Source: an uncultured Chloroflexia bacterium
GTDB taxonomy: Bacteria > Chloroflexota > Ktedonobacteria > Ktedonobacterales > JADMIN01
DNA: 32,000 nucleotides
NCBI GenBank assembly: GCA_963718915.1
Contig: CAVRAI010000004.1
Coordinates: 180,001-212,000, forward strand
Direction: 5' to 3'
A program made the translations under genes and the position numbers. Positions 15,084 to 23,276 of the stretch are shown here, piece by piece. The notes below the pieces were generated by a model that worked only from the letters and a program-made list of their open reading frames with translations, did no database searches and was not told the origin of the DNA. Every line of letters starts with the position of its first letter. Position 1 is the first letter of the stretch.

Positions 15084-16970
15084 ATGCGTTCATCCGTTCC
15101 TCTTCGGCCAGTTCGGCCAGACCGAGATCACACTGGCCTTACGAGGTCCCGTCGCGCGCTCTTTGCTCTCTTCACCGTCGCGCTTCTTGCCATTGCCAGT
15201 ATGTCGCCTGTCGCCGCGAAAGATCGTCCGCCGGGTGGTGTCCTGACGAATCCGGTGGTGCGCTCCATCGACGTGTCGTCGCCCGCGGTTGTGCGCATTG
15301 CCACGCTCTACGGCGCCCATCTCACGCTCTCCGCCTGTGGGTTGACGGTGACTCTGCCAGCGTCCGGCGCCTATACCGTAGGCGGACTGGGATCAGGCGC
15401 CTTCGTGAGCGCGCATGGCGATATTCTCACCGCCGATCATGTGGTGGATATTGACCGGCAGAGTCTCGACGACGAGATATTTGGCGTCCGGCAGGTAGGC
15501 TCAGATGTGGCGTCATTTCTCAACGCGGCCTGCCGTCCAGGTGTGCCAGTGACTGCGGACGATGTTGCCAACGGCATTGTGCAGTTCAATGGTTTCCCCT
15601 ACAGCACCAGCTACTCGAAGCCACGTGTGCTGGCCTGGCGCTCTGAAAGCTACCTCGGCGCCATCACTGGCGCTTCCTCGAGCGCGACAACCTCACTGCT
15701 GGACGGGCTGATGAAAGCCCCATATACAGAGGCGCAAGTTCTGAAAACCAGTTCCTTTGGCCAGGATGATCTCGCGCTCATTCATGTCGAACTGACGGAT
15801 ACCCCAAGCATTCAGCTCGATTCGTCGAGCCAGCTGGCCGTCGAAGATGCGCTGACGGTCATTGGGTTCCCCGGAAATGGCGATGTCAACGGCGACCCGA
15901 CGAATCTTCTGACCCCTTCGGTCAACAACGTCAATGTCAGCGCGCTCAAACGCAACGACAACGGCTCGCAACTGATTCAGGTCGGTGGCAACGTGGAGCA
16001 TGGTGATAGCGGCGGCCCGGCGCTGGATACCGCTGGACGCATCGTCGGCATCGTCAGCTTTGGTGGCTCAGATACGCAGGGTATTACCGCGTTTCTGCGT
16101 TCGAGTGATAACGCGCTGACGTTGCTGAATGCCCAGAGCATTGATACGAAACCCGGCATATTTCAGGGGCTTTGGCAACAGGCATTCGCGGACTATGCCG
16201 CCACCACGCCTGGTCACTGGCGTACCGCGGCGCGCGAGATGGATGCGCTGAGCGCGAAATACCCGGACTTTCACGGGCTTGATCCCTATCGCGCCTATGC
16301 TGATAACGCTGCTATTGGCGACGCGTCGTCGTCATCGTCGTTCTCGCTCTCTCAGTTGCCGCTGCCATTGCCCGTTATCGTGGCCATTGGTGTTGCTTTC
16401 GTCCTGCTTCTGCTCCTGCTCATCCTGCTTGCTCTACGCAGCCGTAGCCGCAGAATAAAGCGAGCGCAGACGGTTCCTGAACCACTTTCCGTCTGGTCCA
16501 GCACAGGATTGCCCCAGGGCTACCCAGGCGCTGCCGCCGCCTCGCCATACGCGCCAACAGCGTATAACAGTCCCGCGCAGTCTACTCGCCCGGCCAATGG
16601 ACAGTCGCCATATCCACAACAGCCATATCCACAACAGCCATATCCACAACAGCCATATCCGCAACAGCCATATCCGCAGGGCGAGCGATCAGCGCAGCCG
16701 CAGCCGTACTCCGGCTACACGCCGTATGGCGCCGCGCCTCAGGGTAACCGATCACATCCAGTCTCAGGGCCAGCGTCGTCCGGCCCCAGCTCATATGACG
16801 GCCCGCGATCTGGATCGCGGCAGGATAGCCCCGCCAGCGCGCTCTGCGTCAATGGACACCCGATGCAGGCGAACGAGGTGCGGTGCGCTGTCTGTGGCGC
16901 CGAGCGCGATCAGTCGAGCACGTCGGCGCCGCAGGATATAAGCGTGCCGCCCTGGGCGCAGAATCGGTAA
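15084..16970 (+). CDS. Membrane-anchored trypsin-like (S1) serine protease with a cytoplasmic PYPQQ-repeat tail and C-terminal zinc ribbon
   Basis: The start is chosen at ATG 15084 (MRSSVPL...), just before the signal-like segment ALFALFTVALLAIASMSPVAA. Triad contexts are TADHVV (His), DDLALIHV (Asp) and GDSGGPALD (Ser). A TM helix VIVAIGVAFVLLLLLLILLAL is followed by RSRSRR, then a Pro/Gln/Tyr-rich region, then CVNGHPMQANEVRCAVCG. Confidence 0.85.
   Translation: MRSSVPLRPVRPDRDHTGLTRSRRALFALFTVALLAIASMSPVAAKDRPPGGVLTNPVVRSIDVSSPAVVRIATLYGAHLTLSACGLTVTLPASGAYTVGGLGSGAFVSAHGDILTADHVVDIDRQSLDDEIFGVRQVGSDVASFLNAACRPGVPVTADDVANGIVQFNGFPYSTSYSKPRVLAWRSESYLGAITGASSSATTSLLDGLMKAPYTEAQVLKTSSFGQDDLALIHVELTDTPSIQLDSSSQLAVEDALTVIGFPGNGDVNGDPTNLLTPSVNNVNVSALKRNDNGSQLIQVGGNVEHGDSGGPALDTAGRIVGIVSFGGSDTQGITAFLRSSDNALTLLNAQSIDTKPGIFQGLWQQAFADYAATTPGHWRTAAREMDALSAKYPDFHGLDPYRAYADNAAIGDASSSSSFSLSQLPLPLPVIVAIGVAFVLLLLLLILLALRSRSRRIKRAQTVPEPLSVWSSTGLPQGYPGAAAASPYAPTAYNSPAQSTRPANGQSPYPQQPYPQQPYPQQPYPQQPYPQGERSAQPQPYSGYTPYGAAPQGNRSHPVSGPASSGPSSYDGPRSGSRQDSPASALCVNGHPMQANEVRCAVCGAERDQSSTSAPQDISVPPWAQNR
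16608..16679 (+). repeat. 15-bp in-frame tandem repeat (about 4.8 copies) encoding (PYPQQ)n
   Basis: CCATATCCACAACAG occurs three times, then CCATATCCGCAACAG, then CCATATCCGCAG. The repeat lies inside the protease CDS. Confidence 0.95.
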
Positions 16971-16981
16971 GGAAGCGGCTC

Positions 16982-17011
16982 TTGTGACTCCGCGCACTGC
17001 GTCACTACAAT
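16982..17011 (+). promoter_or_regulatory. Candidate sigma70-like promoter for the SGNH hydrolase gene
   Basis: TTGTGA (16982-16987), an 18-nt spacer, then TACAAT (17006-17011). It is embedded in the inverted repeat GTGACTC (16984-16990) / GAGTCAC (17030-17036). Confidence 0.45.
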
Positions 17012-17049
17012 GTGCAGTGGTGTGCGGCTGAGTCACAGGGAGAGCGTCG

Positions 17050-17814
17050 ATGAGATGGGCGAGGATGCTACAGCGGGCAGGGATAGCGGCGCTGCTTCTG
17101 GCGCTGGCTGTGTCTGCGCTGGCGGCGTGTGGTGAGGCAAGCAGCGCCCAACGTTCAGCGGTTCCTCCTGTGACGCCCACCGCCACGCCGTTGATGGTCT
17201 ACGTTGCGATGGGCGCGTCGGATGCGGTTGGCGTAGGCGCCAGCGATCCCAATGCGACGGCGTATGTGCCACGGCTGATTGCGCGTCTGCCTGCCCGTGC
17301 CTTTGCGCTGAATCTGGGCGTCAGCGGCTATACTGTCAAGCAGGCGCTGGCCAACGAATTGCCCCAGGCGCTCGCGGCGCATCCAACCCTCGTGACGGTC
17401 TGGCTCGTGGGCAACGATTTCCGCCAATGCACGCCGCTGGCGGATTATCAGCGCGATCTCGATGCCCTGCTTGGCCAGCTACAGTCACAGACGCATGCTC
17501 AGGTGTTCGTCGCCAACACGCCTGACATGAGCCTGCTCCCAGCGATTCGCGATGGATCTCCCAACCTGGGCGCGTGCCTCCTTGGGCTGCAACCGGCGCA
17601 AATCCGCGCCGTCGTTGCCCAGTGGAATATGGTCATTGACGCCGTGGTGGCAAAGCATCATCAGGTGTTGGTAGACCTCTTCCATTCCGATCTGGCGGCG
17701 CACCCTGAGTATATCGCCAGCGATGGTTTCCATCCCTCAGACGGCGGCTATCGCGTGCTGGCCGACCTCTTTTGGGCGCAGATTACCGCGCACCACGCCG
17801 TTCCGGGCACATAG
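17050..17814 (+). CDS. SGNH/GDSL-family hydrolase lipoprotein
   Basis: 254 aa with lipobox ALAAC. Block I reads VAMGASDAVGVG (a GxSD variant), and the C-terminal DGFHPSDGGY carries the DxxH catalytic pair. The RBS GGGAGAG lies upstream. Confidence 0.8.
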   Translation: MRWARMLQRAGIAALLLALAVSALAACGEASSAQRSAVPPVTPTATPLMVYVAMGASDAVGVGASDPNATAYVPRLIARLPARAFALNLGVSGYTVKQALANELPQALAAHPTLVTVWLVGNDFRQCTPLADYQRDLDALLGQLQSQTHAQVFVANTPDMSLLPAIRDGSPNLGACLLGLQPAQIRAVVAQWNMVIDAVVAKHHQVLVDLFHSDLAAHPEYIASDGFHPSDGGYRVLADLFWAQITAHHAVPGT

Positions 17815-17826
17815 GATCGGCCAGCG

Positions 17827-19332
17827 TCACAGGCCGTAGGCGGTGAGTCTGCCATTTTCGTCGGGGATGTAGACGCGCCCATTGACGACAATCAGGCTCT
17901 CCCAGTGGATGCCGCCGATGCTACCACCAGCGCTGGCAGCGGCGCTAGACCAGAGGCGCTGTCCGGTATGCGGGTCAAGCGCGACGACAGCGCCATTCGT
18001 CGCCGCGAAGAGCACACCGCCCGCCAGCACGGGAGTCGTGAAATTCGTCCCGTTATGCCACACCGCATGCAGCGTTACCCGCCCGGCGCTGTCGCTCGTA
18101 ACCTGATAGGTCGCCATGCCACAGGTTCCTGCGAGTGTGACCCAGACGGTGTCGCCCTCTTTCCAGCTCACCGGATGCGTGAAGAGCTGGCAGCCGGGCC
18201 AGTCGAGCAGCGCCAGCTCGCCGCCGAGATGGCCCGGCCCGCCCTGTCCGCTCATATTGTCGCGATTGATCAGCCGCAGCTTCTGGTCTTTGCCACCCTG
18301 AATCAACACGTGTGGCGTGTTGCTATTGGGGATATCTGGCAGGATGCCCGCCGTCGTGCTGCCCAGGTCGGCGTCGGTCTCGTTGAGTGTTTGCTGGTTC
18401 GTCGGGGTATAGCTGTCGAGCACATGCAGGCCATCGGCGCTGAGCTTGATGACGCTGTCACCCCAGTCGGTGCGTCCGTTGAAGTTGCCATTGCCCGTGG
18501 TGACATAGATATCGCCTGTGCCCGGCTCGATGACGGCTCCGCCGCGCGCCCAGATGCCCGACTGGTTGGATCCGCACTCGCCGTTACTCAGCACATGCGG
18601 CTTATCGGAGCAGAGGCTATTGAAGACCTGTACATTCGCGGTATCCAGGCTCACGCCGACGACATGCCCCTGATAGGGCGGCGCATCGCCGGGATAGCCA
18701 GCTGTGGTCACATAGACGCGGCCATTACCGATATTGAGCGGTGACGACTCCTTCTCCGTGTTCGGCATCGTCGTGATACGAATCGGCCAGCCGCCGCTGG
18801 TCACTTCCGCGCCCGTGACAGCGTTGAACTTACGCAGTGTGCCATCCAGCCCGTAGCTATAGACATAAGCGCGCGAGGGGTCAATCGCGGGCGACGAGGT
18901 GGTATAGCGCACACCCTTATTCTGGACGCTCCAGAGAATCTGCCCGTTGGCGGCGTTCACAGCGACGAGATGCCCGTCGCGTGTGGTGACGTAAAGGACA
19001 TCCGCCGTTGAGCCATCGGCGAGCTTCAGCCCATGAAGGTAGACAGGTGACCCATCCGCGACGTCGGGTAGCGTGGCGCTCCAGAGGCGATGCAGCCCGC
19101 CGACGGTTTGCGGATTGAGCGCGGTTTCATGGGGATTGACGCTGCTACGCGCGCTGTCGAAGCCGAACACCGGCCAGTCAACGTTGCTGCCGACGTCGGC
19201 GGTTGGAGTGCTTGTGGATGGGGTAGACGTTTTCGTGGTTGGCGTCGAGGTGGAAGATGAGGCGCATCCTGCCAGCAACATCGTCAGGAGCGCGAGGGCG
19301 ACTATTCCTGTGTGAAAGCGTCTCAACACCAT
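17827..19332 (-). CDS. PQQ-like beta-propeller repeat lipoprotein
   Basis: 501 aa with lipobox LLAGC and a Ser/Thr/Pro linker. Repeated propeller blades of the type G.L.A.da.tG..lW are present (e.g. DGHLVAVNAANGQILWS, GAVVALDPHTGQRLWS). Confidence 0.8.
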   Translation of the reverse strand: MVLRRFHTGIVALALLTMLLAGCASSSTSTPTTKTSTPSTSTPTADVGSNVDWPVFGFDSARSSVNPHETALNPQTVGGLHRLWSATLPDVADGSPVYLHGLKLADGSTADVLYVTTRDGHLVAVNAANGQILWSVQNKGVRYTTSSPAIDPSRAYVYSYGLDGTLRKFNAVTGAEVTSGGWPIRITTMPNTEKESSPLNIGNGRVYVTTAGYPGDAPPYQGHVVGVSLDTANVQVFNSLCSDKPHVLSNGECGSNQSGIWARGGAVIEPGTGDIYVTTGNGNFNGRTDWGDSVIKLSADGLHVLDSYTPTNQQTLNETDADLGSTTAGILPDIPNSNTPHVLIQGGKDQKLRLINRDNMSGQGGPGHLGGELALLDWPGCQLFTHPVSWKEGDTVWVTLAGTCGMATYQVTSDSAGRVTLHAVWHNGTNFTTPVLAGGVLFAATNGAVVALDPHTGQRLWSSAAASAGGSIGGIHWESLIVVNGRVYIPDENGRLTAYGL

Positions 19333-19369
19333 TCTCCTCTCGCCACACAGTCGAGCCAGTCGGTCAGGC

Positions 19370-20077
19370 TCAAGCCCCGGTCGGCAATTGCGCCAGGTGC
19401 ACAGCGCGCTCGAACTCTTGCAGGCGGCGCATCTGGCGGTGATTTGGCGCGGCCTGCCAGCGTTTGCGCTGTACCAGGTCGATGGCGTTGTGGGCGTTCA
19501 TGCCTCCCGCCACTAGCGCCGCCGCCGTCAACAGGACGCTCCGACCCACACCATGCTCGCAGTGTACGAGCACTCGCTCGCCAGCCGCGATCTGCTGATT
19601 GATCCAGCGGGAGCCTTCCTGGAGTTGCGCGACTGTCAGGGGATGTGTATCAGGGGTGGGCAGATAGAGCAACTCGATGCCCTCGCGTCCCAGCGCCTCG
19701 GCGTCGTCTTTGTGTTCGGAGCGCGTATCCACCACACGGGTGATGCCAGTGCGCGCCAGTCGTGGGATATCGGCGGCGAGGATACGTCCGCCGACGGCGA
19801 GATGAGGAGTAATCCAGCTCATATTGAGCTGGTCGGGAAGTGGGATGCCTATGCGGATGGCAAAGGCGGCGCGGCGCGAATCCTCCGGGAATACGCGAAC
19901 GGCGATTCGTGTCCAGAAACGGTACAGCAGGCGAATCGAGCCGGTGAGCAGCCAGCGCAAAAAGCCTTTACGCAGCATGCTTTTGCCGCTCAGCACTGGC
20001 GGTACCGCAGGCTCATCCGCCGCAGCATCGACCGGGGTCGTATCGTGCATTCGCGGGCCGTCCGCGTTGGTTGACAT
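19370..20077 (-). CDS. Dual-specificity / tyrosine protein phosphatase family protein
   Basis: 235 aa with the HCxxGxxRS P-loop VLVHCEHGVGRSVL. The RBS GGGAGAA lies within the 3' end of the upstream gene, and only 3 nt separate that gene's stop from this ATG. Confidence 0.85.
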   Translation of the reverse strand: MSTNADGPRMHDTTPVDAAADEPAVPPVLSGKSMLRKGFLRWLLTGSIRLLYRFWTRIAVRVFPEDSRRAAFAIRIGIPLPDQLNMSWITPHLAVGGRILAADIPRLARTGITRVVDTRSEHKDDAEALGREGIELLYLPTPDTHPLTVAQLQEGSRWINQQIAAGERVLVHCEHGVGRSVLLTAAALVAGGMNAHNAIDLVQRKRWQAAPNHRQMRRLQEFERAVHLAQLPTGA

Positions 20078-20080
20078 CGG

Positions 20081-21115
20081 TCATTCTCCCTGAGAAACGG
20101 GTAAAGGTGTTATCTTATCGCCGCTGTGTGAGGTGACGGGTTGTGTCTGAAGCTTCTCGACGCCATCGGTTCGCAGTACCCGTTCCAGTGCGATGATGGC
20201 GCATTCGATCTGGCTGTCGTCAGGCTCGCGGGTCGTCAGCCCCTGGAGCGCGAGACTTGGCGTCATCAGCCACCGCACGATGCGGAAGCGATAATAGGCA
20301 GCGCCCAGGCGTAGCAGTTCATAGGAAATCGCGGCGATAACCGGCACCAGCAGGATGCGCGAAAGAATGCGCCAGGCGATCGGGGGATTTCCCAACACCG
20401 CGAAGACGAGAATCGAGACAACCACGACGATCAACAAAAATCCGGTGCCGCAGCGAATGTGCACACGCGAGGCCGCCCGCACGTGCGCGACATCGAGCGG
20501 ATTGCCCGCCTCCATCGCGTTGATCGATTTGTGCTCCGCGCCATGATAGCCAAAGACGCGCTGAATATCCGGCAGACGCCCAATCAGCCATAGATAGCCG
20601 ATCAGCAGACCTAGCCGGATAGCGCCTTCCAGCACGAGGCCAGACCAGTCATTCGGCAGCCAGTGGCTGACGAGGCCAACCACACCGAGCGGCACCAGAA
20701 AGAAGAGCGCGAGCGCGAATGCCAGTGAGAAAATGAGCGTGACGATGAGCCGTGCGTCAGTGCCCTGGAGTGTGCCGTTTGTCTCGGCGACCGTACCGGG
20801 CGCGGCGGTGGGCAATGGTTTGCTATCGGTGTGGCTGCTCTTACCGTCTATGCTGGCGGTTTCATCCTCTGGCAGGGCGACCGACGACGCGAAGAGCATC
20901 ATCCGCGTGCCAAGCACGAGCATATCCCAGAGCATCAGAACGCCGCGCACGAATGGCCATGTCGCCACCTTTGCCCCATAGACGCGCTTTGGAAGCATTT
21001 CCTCATGCAGCAGAATGCCGCCGGTTGGCTGGCGCACGGCCACCGCCGCCGAGCGCCGCCCGCGCATCATCACACCCTCGATGACGGCTTGCCCGCCATA
21101 ATAAAACTTTGCCAC
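20081..21115 (-). CDS. DUF1385-family membrane protein
   Basis: Family hallmarks are [15 protein letters not shown] near the N-terminus and [12 protein letters not shown], with several TM helices. The start is chosen at GTG 21115, 8 nt after GGGAG. The ATG at 21193 is an alternative start. The track start at 21346 would run over the rpmE terminator and is rejected. Confidence 0.8.
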   Translation of the reverse strand: MAKFYYGGQAVIEGVMMRGRRSAAVAVRQPTGGILLHEEMLPKRVYGAKVATWPFVRGVLMLWDMLVLGTRMMLFASSVALPEDETASIDGKSSHTDSKPLPTAAPGTVAETNGTLQGTDARLIVTLIFSLAFALALFFLVPLGVVGLVSHWLPNDWSGLVLEGAIRLGLLIGYLWLIGRLPDIQRVFGYHGAEHKSINAMEAGNPLDVAHVRAASRVHIRCGTGFLLIVVVVSILVFAVLGNPPIAWRILSRILLVPVIAAISYELLRLGAAYYRFRIVRWLMTPSLALQGLTTREPDDSQIECAIIALERVLRTDGVEKLQTQPVTSHSGDKITPLPVSQGE

Positions 21116-21304
21116 GCGCTCTTCTCCCTGCCTGTCTCGCGTTATCTTGCTCTTTGTCTCGCTCTCAAGTAACCGCTTTCGCCGTCGTTGCATGCCCTGT
21201 GCGCTGAATTTCAAGGCGTCGGAGGGCTGATGCCTGGCCCACCCATTGTAACGCATCCACACGACTGTGCGCGTCCAATTTGGAGCGAGGGAGCCAGACG
21301 CGGA

Positions 21305-21342
21305 GACACAAAACAGGCGCGAACCAGATTGGCCCGCGCCTG
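21305..21342 (-). terminator. Rho-independent terminator after rpmE
   Basis: On the minus strand: CAGGCGCG-13-nt loop-CGCGCCTG (perfect 8-bp stem; plus-strand 21314-21321 / 21335-21342), followed by TTTTGTGT. Confidence 0.75.
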
Positions 21343-21376
21343 ACACGATGTATGGATCACCGAGGAATGTGGAGGA

Positions 21377-21589
21377 CTATGCCTCTTCCTCGTTGAGATT
21401 GAAGCGCTTGCGGAAACGCTCGACGCGACCAGCGGTATCGAGAATGCGCTGCTGGCCCGTGTAGAATGGATGGCACTTCGAGCACACATCCACCTTGAGG
21501 ACTGACTTCGTGCTGCCAACGGTAAATGTGTTACCACAGGCGCACGTCACCGTCGCCTCGATGTATTCGGGATGGATTCCGGCTTTCAT
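21377..21589 (-). CDS. rpmE: 50S ribosomal protein L31 (Zn-ribbon type A)
   Basis: The 70-aa product [22 protein letters not shown]...[13 protein letters not shown] matches the L31 consensus, including the four Cys. The RBS AGGAGAA lies upstream. Confidence 0.97.
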   Translation of the reverse strand: MKAGIHPEYIEATVTCACGNTFTVGSTKSVLKVDVCSKCHPFYTGQQRILDTAGRVERFRKRFNLNEEEA

Positions 21590-21676
21590 GGGTTCTCCTG
21601 GGCGCTCGTCGCCCCACTGTTCGTCGCTGCTATTGTCAGGCCCCGATTGAGCCGGGCGCTTCAGCGGCTACCCCAT

Positions 21677-21705
21677 ATTGTATCACATCGCGCGGGCCTT
21701 CGCAA
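21677..21705 (-). promoter_or_regulatory. Sigma70-like promoter for rpmE
   Basis: On the minus strand: TTGCGA (21700-21705), a 17-nt spacer, then TGaTACAAT (-10 at 21677-21682 with extended TG). Confidence 0.65.
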
Positions 21706-21722
21706 GCAGCCTGCGACCGCGC

Positions 21723-23276
21723 TCAGTTGGCCCAGAGGTAAAAGCTGGTATCCGATTCCAGGCGAGTAATAGTGTGGCTGCTAAGGTCAAAGGCGGATGG
21801 CGTCTGCGTGCCGCTAGTGATCAGAATCAGCGCCTGATTATCGCCCCGCCAGGCGAAAAATGCTCCATCTACAGTAATCACACTTCCGCCTACCCGCCAG
21901 AGGCCGAATCGCTGCGAGGCCGTTGAACCTGCCGCCTGGCCGATCCCCGACGCGATCAGATAGGCGCCATCGTGCGAGAACTCCGGCGAACTGAGATCTG
22001 GCGCCAGTGTGCTGCCGAATGGCTTGCTCGGATTCGTGCCATCGATACCAGCATAGATCAGCGGCGTATCCTTCACAATGTTGGTGTCGTTGGGGAAGGA
22101 AGTTGGCGCGGGGCTGTGATAAACCACGTGCGTGCCATCTGGCGAGACGTCCCACGGCGCGGTCCAGTTGCAGAAGATCGTGACCTGGCAACCGCCGTTG
22201 CCATACTCGCCCAGCGGGACCAGTTGTGTATCGGCGCCATTGTCGAGGCTGAGGCGATGCAGATGCGCCTGGCCCTCGCTCATCGTCTTCAGGCCAGCAT
22301 AGAAAAGGTATCCCGGCGCAATGATCCTGGTCCCCGCGAACCAGGCAACCTTGCCCACTTGCGTCTCGGCGCCGCTCGCGACATCCACCTTGACGATGGT
22401 TGACGTTCCGAGGGGTGGGCCATTGGTATTGCTCGTCGTGACCGACTGGAGCGCGCCAAGAAAGGTATTGTCGTTCACCCAGCCGATGAAGAAACGGAAG
22501 ATGTGGCCATCCGGTATCTGGTCAGAAATCGTGATGGGATAGTCGCCGATGTACTTCGTGGTGTGCGTCTGCCCACTGATCGGATCATACAGTATGACTG
22601 GGCAGTTATTGTTCTCGTCACAGGCCTTGACGGCGAGGTACCGATTGGTAGGAGACCAGCCGAGCGGGCTGCTGTAGCTCGCCGATACTGGAATCTTCTG
22701 TGGTGACGCGCAGCCAGTGACGACATATGCCTGGTAATCGCCTCGCACGTAGGCATAGGCGAGATTCGAGCCGGGCGGGTTGGCGCATACAAAGGCGCTT
22801 GCTCGTGGTGTGCTATCAGGCGTAGTGGTAGCTGTTGGATTGGTTGTCGCCGTTGGCCGAGGAGTTATGGTTGGAAAAGCCACGGGCGTGTTGGTGGCGC
22901 TGGGATTGGGATGCCCACTGCGTGACGAATAGACCGCCAGGAAGCCGACGACGACCAGCGTGGCGGCGACGACGGCGGCGATCACACCGAGCATACGCTG
23001 GCGCTGAGCGCGCTTCGGTGGTTGCGTGTTGGCCGGTGGGTGTGGCGCGCTGCCAATGACGGTTGTTTCCTCATCCAAGGAGACGCTGGGCAGGCCGAGT
23101 CGCAGGGGCGACTGTAGCAGGCTGTAAAAACGACGATACATCGTGAGAGCCTCCTGACACTCCTGGCAGGTCGCCAGATGCGCCTCGACGGCGGCGTGCT
23201 CGGCATCACTCACGCCGCCACTATGGTCGTCAGAGACGCGCCGCAGCCACTCATGCTGGGACGTGGAGAGCCTCAT
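21723..23276 (-). CDS. Anti-sigma factor (zf-HC2) with TM helix and extracytoplasmic PD40/TolB-like beta-propeller domain
   Basis: 517 aa. It has the N-terminal motif HLATCQECQ (HxxxCxxC), a single TM segment MLGVIAAVVAATLVVVGFLAV, and a Thr/Pro linker. Repeated WSPTNRYLAV / VSPDGTHVVY / FSHDGAYLIA motifs follow. Its ATG overlaps the sigma-factor stop (ATGA at 23273-23276). Confidence 0.8.
   Translation of the reverse strand: MRLSTSQHEWLRRVSDDHSGGVSDAEHAAVEAHLATCQECQEALTMYRRFYSLLQSPLRLGLPSVSLDEETTVIGSAPHPPANTQPPKRAQRQRMLGVIAAVVAATLVVVGFLAVYSSRSGHPNPSATNTPVAFPTITPRPTATTNPTATTTPDSTPRASAFVCANPPGSNLAYAYVRGDYQAYVVTGCASPQKIPVSASYSSPLGWSPTNRYLAVKACDENNNCPVILYDPISGQTHTTKYIGDYPITISDQIPDGHIFRFFIGWVNDNTFLGALQSVTTSNTNGPPLGTSTIVKVDVASGAETQVGKVAWFAGTRIIAPGYLFYAGLKTMSEGQAHLHRLSLDNGADTQLVPLGEYGNGGCQVTIFCNWTAPWDVSPDGTHVVYHSPAPTSFPNDTNIVKDTPLIYAGIDGTNPSKPFGSTLAPDLSSPEFSHDGAYLIASGIGQAAGSTASQRFGLWRVGGSVITVDGAFFAWRGDNQALILITSGTQTPSAFDLSSHTITRLESDTSFYLWAN

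Noticed and set aside
16608-16679. Tandem repeat considered as a CRISPR-like or satellite array
   Set aside because: The units are 15 bp, directly abutting with no spacers, and in frame within a CDS. This is a coding low-complexity repeat.
17905-18744. 279-aa plus-strand ORF
   Set aside because: It is antisense to the beta-propeller lipoprotein gene and has an Arg/Ala-rich shadow-frame composition.
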